Both the position numbers and the translations under genes were made by a program. The notes under the pieces were generated by a model. That model searched no databases, was not told where the DNA came from, and saw only the letters and a list, made by a program, of their open reading frames with translations. From positions 55,600 through 119,599 of the IMG/VR virus record IMGVR_UViG_3300037246_000990: a stretch of DNA of 64,000 nucleotides; one strand, 5' to 3'. This DNA is from a virus. Positions 1 to 8,925 of the stretch are shown here, in pieces; the stretch's first letter is position 1; each line of letters opens with the position of its first letter.

Positions 1-2
1 GT

Positions 3-923
3 GCTCATTGTAAAGTACTGGTGCGAGCAACAACTTCTTATGGTAGGCCAAGTGGCAATGAAGTCATCGCCATCAATCTAGACTCTGAGACAGAGCGTGT
101 GGCTTTCTTGCATTCGTTTAACACAAGGTGCTTCACATACCATATGAACAACACCCTAGACACTTACCACGCACCCAAGCTGCCTTCTAGTATGCTAAAC
201 GATGGTCACTCTAACCTCCTAGCCTCAGGTATCATTGACACCAATGATAATGAGATACTCATTGAGATAGGAGACAAACCTTACCTCCTATACAAAAGGA
301 AAAAGGACGATGGCCCTGTAGTAACATGGTTCGATGGTGTCTGCACATTCAACAGCGCAGACCCAGTCTCAATAAGGGTAGCCACCATCAACGAAGCCAA
401 AGAACTGCTAGCCGATCCACCGGGAGCAGAACAACTATGTGGTCTTTGGTGGGCGCATAAGCAGCCAAGTGGGTTCCAACCACCTAAGTTGGATGATTCT
501 GTCCTCAAGATACTTAGTAATCCTGTTAATCCACTTAATCATGGGTACCTAATTAGTGATTGTTTTATTAAAAGCGAGGGCGTTTACTCAGATGCCACTC
601 AAACCTTGATTCCTGATACAGCACTGCTGCAAGAACCTCTCGATAGCCGATCCAGAAGTTACCTAACTGCTCGCTGCCTTTGGAATGATACATGTAAAGT
701 AGTCAAAAAGAGGCTACCTATGGAGTACGAAGGGTTGACGATCAAGAAAGACAAGTACGCAACCTCTTCTACCCCGGATGAAAAAACCGGCTGCATCATC
801 AGGACATCAAGCGGTGTGTTCATACAAGGCTTGATCAAAAACAACAAAGACTGGGGCCTACAGTCTAAGCTGGACCACTGGTACAAACTTGACTCCAAAA
901 TCAATAGGATTGATCTAACATGA
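3..923 (+). CDS. Hypothetical protein, possibly 5'-truncated by the window edge
   Basis: The frame of ORF 21..923 stays open back to base 3. ATGA overlap with the sigma gene. No motif recognised. Confidence 0.6.
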   Translation, partial: AHCKVLVRATTSYGRPSGNEVIAINLDSETERVAFLHSFNTRCFTYHMNNTLDTYHAPKLPSSMLNDGHSNLLASGIIDTNDNEILIEIGDKPYLLYKRKKDDGPVVTWFDGVCTFNSADPVSIRVATINEAKELLADPPGAEQLCGLWWAHKQPSGFQPPKLDDSVLKILSNPVNPLNHGYLISDCFIKSEGVYSDATQTLIPDTALLQEPLDSRSRSYLTARCLWNDTCKVVKKRLPMEYEGLTIKKDKYATSSTPDEKTGCIIRTSSGVFIQGLIKNNKDWGLQSKLDHWYKLDSKINRIDLT

Positions 924-2182
924 GCACGGACTCTTACACAAGACAGCACTATAACAATCACAAAAACCACAAGTCTCAACAGTATCAGGAGGTAGGCCGT
1001 AACCAAATATATCTCACTGAAGAAGAAGAAATTAAACTGGTCAATGAGTACACGGTAGCACGACAAACACTGCGTAGATACATTCTCTCCAAGAGAAAGT
1101 GCAGACAGTGGTACTTAAATCTATACCGACAGACAAAGGCAGAAGGCCGATCAGTAGCCAAGCTATGTGCTCGCTTCAATACCAGGGTGAAGGGGTTGAG
1201 TACCCAACTAGAAACAGAGATGGAACGTATCCTTCAGCGCTTAGGGACACACAACCCTGCGGGGCACGAGTGTGCGAACTGGGTCATCTTTGATATGCTA
1301 CCCTCCGAGTACTGCTACTCTGAGATGGTGAAGCTAGTGCCTCGCACCAAAATCCTAGCCCGTATGCAGGCTAAGGTAGCGAAGATAGAGGACACGCTGC
1401 TCCGCTCCATGCTCATGGCAGCACATGAGATAGCAAACAGCAGTTCATCTAACATCTTGAGTGTTGATGAGAATGATGCGGTGCAAGAAGTCCAGATGTA
1501 CTTCCTCGAATCCATACGCAAGTATGATCCTAACTTCCAGACACCTGAAGGGAACCGAGTGAAGCTGTGTACCTACGCCTACAGCAGAGGTGAACGACTG
1601 GTACAGGAATGGATACTGAACAACAGCAGGCTGGTGCGTGTACCTCGGAACAAAATGGGCAGAATACTCACCGTGATTAAAGCGTATGAGCTACTGGAAA
1701 ATGACAATCTCAACCTGTATGCATTGACCAACGAAACGAACAAGATTCAAAAAGAGAAAGGGGCCTTGACAAACAGCAATGTCTTCACAGTTAAAGAGGT
1801 AGACGAACTCATTAAGATACTCATGAGCAACTACATCCACTTGGATCAACCCTTTAACCGTAATAAAAACAACCCCACCACCATAGGTGAGATGCTTAGC
1901 AACGATGAACCTTGTGTCACAGAATTAATACAAGCACAAGATAAGAAGGAGCAACTGCTTGAGCTACTTCAAGACAATCTAAATAAGATAGAGTACCAGA
2001 TCATATCACTTCGATACTTCCATGACTCAGCGGACAAGGTACCTAAGGCACTGAAAGAGATAGGCCCGCTGCTTGTGTCAGTATACGGTGGTAAGAACTA
2101 CAGCAGAGAAAGCATACGAAAGATTGAGAAAACAGCCTTGGCTAAAATCAAGGCTCTATGGGAGGTCAAACGATTGTGGTAG
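920..2182 (+). CDS. Phage-encoded sigma70-family RNA polymerase sigma factor
   Basis: Region 2 (DAVQE..FLESIRKYDP..KLCTYAY), SRLVRVP linker, region 3 (IHLDQP..TIGEML) and region 4 HTH (LRYF..LKEIG..SRESIRKIEKTALAKIK). Confidence 0.85.
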   Translation: MSTDSYTRQHYNNHKNHKSQQYQEVGRNQIYLTEEEEIKLVNEYTVARQTLRRYILSKRKCRQWYLNLYRQTKAEGRSVAKLCARFNTRVKGLSTQLETEMERILQRLGTHNPAGHECANWVIFDMLPSEYCYSEMVKLVPRTKILARMQAKVAKIEDTLLRSMLMAAHEIANSSSSNILSVDENDAVQEVQMYFLESIRKYDPNFQTPEGNRVKLCTYAYSRGERLVQEWILNNSRLVRVPRNKMGRILTVIKAYELLENDNLNLYALTNETNKIQKEKGALTNSNVFTVKEVDELIKILMSNYIHLDQPFNRNKNNPTTIGEMLSNDEPCVTELIQAQDKKEQLLELLQDNLNKIEYQIISLRYFHDSADKVPKALKEIGPLLVSVYGGKNYSRESIRKIEKTALAKIKALWEVKRLW

Positions 2183-2487
2183 AACTAAACACTTGGATCA
2201 TGGCAGGCCTGCTGGGCTTCGGTGTTGGTGTGATTGTTACTGGTATCGTAGTGATGCTGGTGGTGATCTACAACAACATCAAGGTAGTGACAGAAAAAGT
2301 AAGTGAAGATGACAGCGAAGAAAATGTCTATGGAGGAATACCCTTGTCCGCTTTGCTGGGCGGTGGAGGAGGGAGACCAATCAGCATGGCAGACCTTCAG
2401 GCTATGGCATCGAGAGCAGCACCAGCACCAGCACCAGCACCAGCAACAGAAACCAAGCAAACAGATGGAGGAGGTAACTATCTCTAA
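2158..2487 (+). CDS. Small membrane protein
   Basis: Hydrophobic N-terminal helix (WIMAGLLGFGVGVIVTGIVVMLVVIY) and an APAPAPAPA linker. Confidence 0.6.
   Translation: MGGQTIVVELNTWIMAGLLGFGVGVIVTGIVVMLVVIYNNIKVVTEKVSEDDSEENVYGGIPLSALLGGGGGRPISMADLQAMASRAAPAPAPAPATETKQTDGGGNYL
2419..2445 (+). repeat. (GCACCA)4.5 tandem hexamer encoding Ala-Pro repeat
   Basis: Read directly from the sequence. Confidence 0.9.
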
Positions 2488-2816
2488 TGCCGTACATAAA
2501 ACAAGAAGATCGTGACACATACGAAGCGTGGCTCGCCGCACTGATAGAGGATCTGACAGAGGTTGACTTTCCCCCTGGGGATGTGACCTACCTGATGTAC
2601 AGGATCGTGGGCCACTGGTTCCTACACAAGCCCAGCTATCAGTCGATAGATGAGGTGCGTGGGGCGTTGGTGGGTGTGCTGTCTGAGTTCGACAGGAAGT
2701 TCGCCTTCCCTTATGAGGACAAGAAGATCAAGGAGAACGGTGACATCGCTTGGGAGTTGTCTCAACTAGAGGGAGAACCTGAAGTAGACGACATAGACAC
2801 AAGAGGAGGTGCATGA
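2487..2816 (+). CDS. Conserved-looking phage hypothetical (MPYIK...EDKKIKENGD type)
   Basis: TAATG coupling with the upstream ORF. N- and C-terminal motifs resemble a common phage family. Confidence 0.65.
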   Translation: MPYIKQEDRDTYEAWLAALIEDLTEVDFPPGDVTYLMYRIVGHWFLHKPSYQSIDEVRGALVGVLSEFDRKFAFPYEDKKIKENGDIAWELSQLEGEPEVDDIDTRGGA

Positions 2817-3055
2817 TGGGTGATACTAACGAGTACGAAGTACCCCCTGGGTACAACCACAAGGCCACGTCAGAGAACTTTGGCGGAGCAGAGAAGGCAG
2901 TGATTTATTATTCAAGCAAGGAGGATAACTACCTAGTAGTACTCCACTCCAAGTTGAACGAGGACATAGATGAGACTGGTGTGTTCCTCAATGCAACACA
3001 GCTTGAGCTGGTTATCCACGCTGGTACAGATGTGTTGCACGACGCAAAGATGTAG
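2813..3055 (+). CDS. Hypothetical protein
   Basis: GGAGG RBS and ATGA overlap. Confidence 0.55.
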   Translation: MMGDTNEYEVPPGYNHKATSENFGGAEKAVIYYSSKEDNYLVVLHSKLNEDIDETGVFLNATQLELVIHAGTDVLHDAKM

Positions 3056-3057
3056 AC

Positions 3058-3399
3058 ATGATTAAACCTTTTCAAAACTATATGGCAGCATACCAGGCTG
3101 ACAGCAAAGCACTCCTTCACGATGGTAACTGGACTATCGAGAAGCTAAGTGAACTAGAAGAAGCACAGGGCTTCAGGTCACATCGGAGTGATTACTTCTC
3201 ATTGCTCAAGCATGTGTGTTATCCCAAGGGGTACGACGGTAAGGTTCCTTACCCAGAAAACGGGAGCAACTGCGTGTATCAAGTGGTGGTGTACCCCGAC
3301 GTCAGATCAGATTGCTGGCGTTGCGCGGCAAAGATACCCGAAGGCATGGTAGCGGTGTGGAAGTTTCAGAATTGGGAGCAACTAAAGTATGGAGGCTAA
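3058..3399 (+). CDS. Small HxC/CxxC-P zinc-finger protein (paralogue family, copy 1)
   Basis: LLHDGNWTI..KHVC..CWRCAAKIPEGMVAVWKFQNW. Confidence 0.65.
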   Translation: MIKPFQNYMAAYQADSKALLHDGNWTIEKLSELEEAQGFRSHRSDYFSLLKHVCYPKGYDGKVPYPENGSNCVYQVVVYPDVRSDCWRCAAKIPEGMVAVWKFQNWEQLKYGG

Positions 3400-4081
3400 G
3401 AAACGAACAAGGCGGGTACCCAAGCGGTTGAACACACCCTTCCTGAAGCATGGCATAACGGAGATCAACAACGAGATCGAGAAGGCGTACTCCAAGGTGA
3501 CAGGAAAGGACAAGCTATGGCAGACGTATGACAAGATCCAGGTATCAGATGCAGAGGCGTGCTTCCGCCAGTACCGTGGCAAGTGTGTGTTCTGTGACAC
3601 ACGCCTCAGCTACCTAGGCAGGGTAACGATGCCCGCAGCACGGCTAATGTTCTACGTACCACTCAAGGTAGGTGGTGAAGCACGGCCCGACAACCTCATC
3701 GTAGTATGCGCTCACTGCAAGCATGAGTACCGAGACACACGCAAGCTGAGGCAGGACATAGTAGGGCTGGATAGCTTTGCTGACTGCTGCGAAGAGTTGT
3801 TCATAGCCATCAAGGAAGGGCACCCCCAAGCTAAGATCAACATGCTTAAGGCACGAATCAACACACGGCTGACCGATGTGGCTACGTGTATGAGGTACGT
3901 CACCACCCCCGACTGGAGGCCAGTCAAGATGGAGAAGCTGGTTGATGGGAAAAACACAATGGCTGAGGCACTGGAAAGTATGGGTAAGGGAGAGGATACG
4001 AAGGAGGCTATCACGAACAACGTGAAGCAGGCAGTGACAACTAAACAGTACAGGATCATGAGGGAGCCAACCGATGAGTAA
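3389..4081 (+). CDS. HNH-fold zinc-binding protein, catalytic residues apparently absent
   Basis: CVFC...FYVPLKVGG...NLIVVCAHCKH matches the HNH scaffold but lacks the DH pair and the terminal N. Confidence 0.6.
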   Translation: MEAKKRTRRVPKRLNTPFLKHGITEINNEIEKAYSKVTGKDKLWQTYDKIQVSDAEACFRQYRGKCVFCDTRLSYLGRVTMPAARLMFYVPLKVGGEARPDNLIVVCAHCKHEYRDTRKLRQDIVGLDSFADCCEELFIAIKEGHPQAKINMLKARINTRLTDVATCMRYVTTPDWRPVKMEKLVDGKNTMAEALESMGKGEDTKEAITNNVKQAVTTKQYRIMREPTDE

Positions 4082-4113
4082 GTTTGCCATCAACCTCGCA
4101 AGGTGGGCAACAG

Positions 4114-4395
4114 ATGCTGACGCTTGAAAAGATCTTTGAGAAACAGATCAGAACCAACATTATTAAAAGGGAAATCCTGTTTGAAGATGGGCTATGGTGT
4201 ATCTACAAAAGAACACCAGCCGACATTAACAGCACACACAGTCTCATCCATAGATGTAGTATATACGTATGGTCCGCAACCCTAAAAACACTTCCGGTCA
4301 GGTGCCCTGAATGTGAAGAGGCAGCACCTGAAGGGATACTGGGGTTGCTTGAGCTGCAACAGTGGGGAACAAAGGACGGTAAGTATGCTAATTGA
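4114..4395 (+). CDS. Small HxC/CxxC-P zinc-finger protein (copy 2)
   Basis: ILFEDGLWCI..IHRC..CPECEEAAPEGILGLLELQQW. Confidence 0.65.
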   Translation: MLTLEKIFEKQIRTNIIKREILFEDGLWCIYKRTPADINSTHSLIHRCSIYVWSATLKTLPVRCPECEEAAPEGILGLLELQQWGTKDGKYAN

Positions 4396-5854
4396 GTTCG
4401 ACAACACCGTAGCTCTAATCAAACCAGAGGATGATGATGAGCTAAAGATGTACGCTCAGGTACGAGATGGGGTCAAGACTATGGCCCCCGGTGCCCGGTA
4501 CATGAGGCAGCATAAGCTCTGGCTCCAAACGAAAGGGGCAAGAGGGTGGGATGGGCGCACCAGCATCCTCAGTAAGGCACACCCCAGCAACGGCAGTGCC
4601 TTCTTCCCTACGGGGCTGCTGCCCTACATCCACACAAAGCTAGCGGAGCTGGTTGTGTTGCCCTTCACCTTCAATGACCTGAGGCATACGCCACCAGTAC
4701 CCAGCTACAACTACACTGTACCACTATTTGACTTCCAAGCCATAGTCTTCCTTGATGCAGTAGACAACAGAGTATTCATGGGAACCACAGCAGGCTATCA
4801 CTGGCCTCAAGGTGTACTTCAGATAGCAACTGGAGGGGGCAAGACAGAGCTAGCTGTAGCTATGTGCCAAGCGATACCTGTACCCACCATGTTCATCGTC
4901 CATCGTAAGCACCTAGTTACCCAAGCTAAAGCTAGGTTCGCTAAGTATGGTATCACAGCGGGGCAGATAGGTGATGGGGTGTTTGACCCCAACACCTCCG
5001 GCGTGACTATAGCCACAACACAAACACTAGACCGGTTGTTCAAAGAGGGCGACAACGAGAAGATCAAGCAATTCTTAGGAGCAGAGCAGATCTTCTTCGA
5101 TGAGGCCCACCTTGCCGCCAGCAAGATAGCAGTGGGGAACCAACTTGTTTCGGTGTCTCGTCAGTTCCGCAGGGCGTACTACAGGTGGGGCCTAACCGGA
5201 ACCGCCTTTATGAAGGACAAATACAGTAACCAACTCCTTATGGGGTGTACTGGCGATAGGCTTGCTCATATCACCAGCGACCAGCTCATCAAAGCGGGCT
5301 ATCTCACGCCACCTCGGGTAGTGATGATAAATATGCCTGATATCGGCAGGCCAAAGAGTTGGCCTGAAGTATTTGATCACGCCATCGTTCTAAATCTGAA
5401 TCGGAACAAAAGAATCATAGAGGAGTTGGACAAATGCCCAAAGCCTGCGCTGGTGATGTCATCACGATTATCACATGCAAGTATCCTCCGAAGAATGGCG
5501 ATAAATAAAGGGATTTCGGTTCCGTCCGTTCATTGCGGGGCTACGAAAAACAAGGATAGAACCAAAGGGATAACTGACTTGCAATCTGGGAAAATAAATG
5601 CTATAATTGCTACAACAATCTATGACGAGGGTTTGGATATCCCCGAGCTACGTACCCTCATCTTGGCCGGAGGGGGTAAGAGTAAAGTGGCAGCACTTCA
5701 GAAGATTGGCCGAGGCTTGAGGAAAGCAGCAGGGAAACATGAGGTGCTGATCATTGATTTCTGTGATCAGACGGGAGCAATACTAAAACGACACTCGGCT
5801 GCGAGGAAAAAGATATGGGAGGAAGAAAACTTCAATGTTACAGAGGAAGACTAA
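4385..5854 (+). CDS. Superfamily 2 DExH helicase (UvsW/Rad25-like)
   Basis: ATGGGKT, DEAH, GLTGT, DEGLDIP and QKIGRGLR motifs. ATG start chosen at 4385. Confidence 0.9.
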   Translation: MLIEFDNTVALIKPEDDDELKMYAQVRDGVKTMAPGARYMRQHKLWLQTKGARGWDGRTSILSKAHPSNGSAFFPTGLLPYIHTKLAELVVLPFTFNDLRHTPPVPSYNYTVPLFDFQAIVFLDAVDNRVFMGTTAGYHWPQGVLQIATGGGKTELAVAMCQAIPVPTMFIVHRKHLVTQAKARFAKYGITAGQIGDGVFDPNTSGVTIATTQTLDRLFKEGDNEKIKQFLGAEQIFFDEAHLAASKIAVGNQLVSVSRQFRRAYYRWGLTGTAFMKDKYSNQLLMGCTGDRLAHITSDQLIKAGYLTPPRVVMINMPDIGRPKSWPEVFDHAIVLNLNRNKRIIEELDKCPKPALVMSSRLSHASILRRMAINKGISVPSVHCGATKNKDRTKGITDLQSGKINAIIATTIYDEGLDIPELRTLILAGGGKSKVAALQKIGRGLRKAAGKHEVLIIDFCDQTGAILKRHSAARKKIWEEENFNVTEED

Positions 5855-6299
5855 AGACTGGAAGAGATTCTGGAGCAAGGTAAAGAGAGGCCCGAACTGT
5901 TGGGAATGGCAAGCAGGTTGCTGCTCTGATGGTTACGGTAAGTTTTGGTTTGAAGGTCGAAATAGTCTGGCTCATCGTGTGTCGTATGCAACAAGCCAGG
6001 GTATACCAGAAAAGCTGTGTGTCTTACATACCTGCGATAACCCACCATGTGTCCGACCCTCTCACTTGTTCCTAGGGACACAGGCCGATAACGTAGCTGA
6101 CATGGTAATCAAAAGAAGGCAATCATATAATACCGGCGCTTGTGGTGTCCAACACGGGAACGCAAAGCTCACAGAAGCACAGGTGAAAGCTATCCGCTGC
6201 GACCCTAGGCTACAGTGTATAATAGCTAAAGATTACAAGGTGAGTCGTTCTACAATAACTTATATTAGGCAACGCAAAACCTGGAAGCACGTCGCATAG
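5835..6299 (+). CDS. Free-standing HNH homing endonuclease
   Basis: [37 protein letters not shown] plus a C-terminal HTH. Confidence 0.9.
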   Translation: MLQRKTKDWKRFWSKVKRGPNCWEWQAGCCSDGYGKFWFEGRNSLAHRVSYATSQGIPEKLCVLHTCDNPPCVRPSHLFLGTQADNVADMVIKRRQSYNTGACGVQHGNAKLTEAQVKAIRCDPRLQCIIAKDYKVSRSTITYIRQRKTWKHVA

Positions 6300-6309
6300 G
6301 AACCCACCA

Positions 6310-6579
6310 ATGGATGCTATAAAGTATGGCCAAGTCATGCTCACAGAAGGTGAGTTCTCCATCAAGGCAGGAATATTTAGTTATTTCATAGTACATGACG
6401 TTTGTGGTACTGGTGTTTATTCTGTAATGAGAGACAGGACCCCAGGGAAACATGATTGGTGCCGACGCTGCTACGACCTCTACGGTAAGAAGATACAATA
6501 CGATGAGAAAATGACAGGAATCGTAGCTCTACTAGATTGGAAAGATGAAGGAGACAGCCGTGACCAATTTGCTGAGTAA
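6310..6579 (+). CDS. Small HxxC/CxxC zinc-finger protein (copy 3)
   Basis: MLTEGEFSI..VHDVC..CRRC..DEKMTGIVALLDW. Confidence 0.6.
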   Translation: MDAIKYGQVMLTEGEFSIKAGIFSYFIVHDVCGTGVYSVMRDRTPGKHDWCRRCYDLYGKKIQYDEKMTGIVALLDWKDEGDSRDQFAE

Positions 6580-7258
6580 CGCAAAGACAAACGCTAAGAC
6601 AAAGAAGATGTTGGATGAGTTCGGATACGAAGGGGTCATTCACTACATGGCGCCTGACGTGGTGGCTGACGGAAAACACACAGTATGCCCTCATAGCACG
6701 ATAGGTTGCCGTGAGTCTTGTCTATATACTGCTGGTCGAGGAGCTATGAGAAATGTGCAAGATGCACGCATCCGTAAGACACTGGAGTTCCTCAAGGACA
6801 AGCAAGGGTACGCAGACAAGTTGGTCAAAGAACTGGCCAACCTTGAGACCCGTGCCTTGAAGAAGGGTTACACGCCAGTAGCTCGGCTGAATGGTACGTC
6901 AGACATCCCATGGGAGAACTACATCGACATGGAAGCCCTCCCCAACGTCCGATTCTATGACTACACCAAGGGTTATATGAGGATGCAGAGCTGGCTGCGT
7001 GGGGTGCTACCTTTCAACTATCATCTGACATTCAGCAATGATGAACACACGACGCTTGCAGAGCGGCACTTCATCCTGGCGAAGGGAGGCACCGTGGCCA
7101 TGGTATTCAGGGATAAGATCCCCGACTGCTGGCAGATGTACCCTGTAATTTCAGGTATGACACACGATTTTAGATTCCGTGACAAGACAGGCTGCATCAT
7201 AGGGCTACTCGCAAGGGGCCGTGCCAAGCAAGACAGCACAGGGTTTGTGGTGGATTGA
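6545..7258 (+). CDS. GP88-like Fe-S/radical-SAM-like phage protein
   Basis: CPHSTIGCRESC, RLNGTSDIPWE, FYDYTK and YHLTFS motifs. Confidence 0.7.
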   Translation: MKETAVTNLLSNAKTNAKTKKMLDEFGYEGVIHYMAPDVVADGKHTVCPHSTIGCRESCLYTAGRGAMRNVQDARIRKTLEFLKDKQGYADKLVKELANLETRALKKGYTPVARLNGTSDIPWENYIDMEALPNVRFYDYTKGYMRMQSWLRGVLPFNYHLTFSNDEHTTLAERHFILAKGGTVAMVFRDKIPDCWQMYPVISGMTHDFRFRDKTGCIIGLLARGRAKQDSTGFVVD

Positions 7259-7545
7259 TGAGTACGAGCAACGTAGGTACACTAAAGATCCTAGTACCTG
7301 ACATACAAGGGTGGGCAATAGTTAAACACCAGTTCAGCGTGACGGGTACTTCCATCCATGGTGAACATTTAATAGGATGCAAACATGCCTTCGATAGACT
7401 GATAGCTCGTTGGTGCTGGGAGTGGAGCGATGCTGGTGTAGAGAATACGGACCGCTGTTGGGTGTGTAAAGAACCTGTGCCAGAAGAGATCGTAGCGCTA
7501 GTAGCGATGATGAATTGGGAGAAGATACAACGTGGCAAACCTTAA
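7255..7545 (+). CDS. Small His/Cys CxxC-P zinc-finger protein (copy 4)
   Basis: ILVPDIQGWAI..EHLIGC..CWVCKEPVPEEIVALVAMMNW. Confidence 0.65.
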   Translation: MMSTSNVGTLKILVPDIQGWAIVKHQFSVTGTSIHGEHLIGCKHAFDRLIARWCWEWSDAGVENTDRCWVCKEPVPEEIVALVAMMNWEKIQRGKP

Positions 7546-8491
7546 AACATTCAAGAAGTACAAGCCCAAGTACAGGAAGCCGGTGCACAAGACAGACGAA
7601 GAACTGAGAGGCCCCTTCAAGCCTATGAAACCGTTTACTATTCACGACCCTAAGGTACACGTACAGTACCCATCTCTATGCACCCCCAAGATTGACGGGA
7701 TCCGGTGTGTCACGTATCCAAACGGGACACCTATGAGCTACCAACTCAAGCCCATCCCCAACCTCCACATCCGCAAGGTGTTGGAAGAGTACGGGGTAGA
7801 GGGTATGGACGGTGAGCTGTTCATCAGAGGTGCCAAGACATTCGGTGAGTCCTCCGGTCCCATCATGAAGGTAGATGGTGAACCTGACTTCATTTACTAC
7901 GTGTTCGATATCTATAACAGCCTTGACTTTTACAACCAGAGAGTGAAGCAGTTGGACAAGCTGCCTAAGCCGAGGCCAGCGTGCATCGAGTTGGTAAAAC
8001 CAACCCTTGTCTTTGATGCCGATGGGTTCATGAAGTATTGGAACAAGTGTGTAGACGAGGGGTACGAGGGAGTCATCGCAAGGCAAGGGCATGTGTACCT
8101 CCACGGTCGTAGCACCATGACACACGGTGGTATGGGTAAGTACAAGCATTTCCAAGATGATGAGGCAGAGATCATTGGGTTTGAAGAGATGTGTACTAAT
8201 ACGAATCCCAAGAAAACCAATGCTCATGGTAGGTCGGAGAGGTCGAGTGCTAAGGCAGGCAAGGTACCCAACGGCCACCTTGGTAAGTGGTTATGCCGAG
8301 ACCTCAAGACAGGCATCGAGTTCTCCTGCGGTACCATGAAGGGTGTGACGAAGAAGCAACGCAAGGAGTGGTGGAGTAACAGGCAAATCTACATTGGGTA
8401 CATCTGTAAGTACAAACATCAGCCAAGCGGAGAGACAGCGAAGCCTCGTTTCCCGGTTTGGTTGGGGTGGCGTTCAAAGGATGACATGTAA
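7532..8491 (+). CDS. ATP-dependent DNA ligase
   Basis: KIDG (motif I), DGELF, VFDI, EGVIAR, KYK and RFP motifs. Confidence 0.93.
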   Translation: MANLKTFKKYKPKYRKPVHKTDEELRGPFKPMKPFTIHDPKVHVQYPSLCTPKIDGIRCVTYPNGTPMSYQLKPIPNLHIRKVLEEYGVEGMDGELFIRGAKTFGESSGPIMKVDGEPDFIYYVFDIYNSLDFYNQRVKQLDKLPKPRPACIELVKPTLVFDADGFMKYWNKCVDEGYEGVIARQGHVYLHGRSTMTHGGMGKYKHFQDDEAEIIGFEEMCTNTNPKKTNAHGRSERSSAKAGKVPNGHLGKWLCRDLKTGIEFSCGTMKGVTKKQRKEWWSNRQIYIGYICKYKHQPSGETAKPRFPVWLGWRSKDDM

Positions 8492-8754
8492 TGGCTTATA
8501 AGTTTGAAGTACTGGTTGAGGAAGGTGACTTTCGGATAGCCCGTGTTAAAGGGGATGCCCAACATCAGAGATGGATCGTTGTTCAACATCGTTGCGACCC
8601 AGATGTATACGTCGATAGGCTATTTAGTGATAACGGGTGGTCACTTTGTTATCATAGTGATAGGCGATGCTACTGCTGTAAAACGCCTGAACCTGACAAG
8701 ATGATAGGCTTCCACGACTTAATAATGTGGAACAATACTGAGTATAGAGTATGA
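8491..8754 (+). CDS. Small HxC/CxxC-P zinc-finger protein (copy 5)
   Basis: VLVEEGDFRI..QHRC..CYCCKTPEPDKMIGFHDLIMW. Confidence 0.65.
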   Translation: MAYKFEVLVEEGDFRIARVKGDAQHQRWIVVQHRCDPDVYVDRLFSDNGWSLCYHSDRRCYCCKTPEPDKMIGFHDLIMWNNTEYRV

Positions 8755-8925
8755 GGAGATGCAATGTGTTTCTTTAAGCACAAATGGGGGAAGTGGGAAG
8801 CCCCCGTCACAACTAACCCAGACGACGAAGGCAACATAAACAAAATGCAAGTAAGAACTTGTGATCGTTGTGGTCTATGGCAGCGACGGATGTGCTACCC
8901 GTATGGAATATGAGGAGATGCAATG
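8750..8925 (+). repeat. 17-bp direct repeat TATGAGGAGATGCAATG at 8750-8766 and 8909-8925
   Basis: Two identical stop+RBS+start junctions flank the 49-aa gene. Confidence 0.9.
8764..8913 (+). CDS. 49-aa Cys/His microprotein (DUF1660-like), below the ORF-track cutoff
   Basis: Manual translation MCFFKHKWGKW...RTCDRCGLWQRR, with GAGGAG RBS. Confidence 0.6.
   Translation: MCFFKHKWGKWEAPVTTNPDDEGNINKMQVRTCDRCGLWQRRMCYPYGI

Noticed and set aside
5835-6299. Group I intron or intein hosting the HNH genes
   Set aside because: Flanking genes (helicase, polymerase, GTs, capsid) appear complete and uninterrupted; no intein motifs were noticed.
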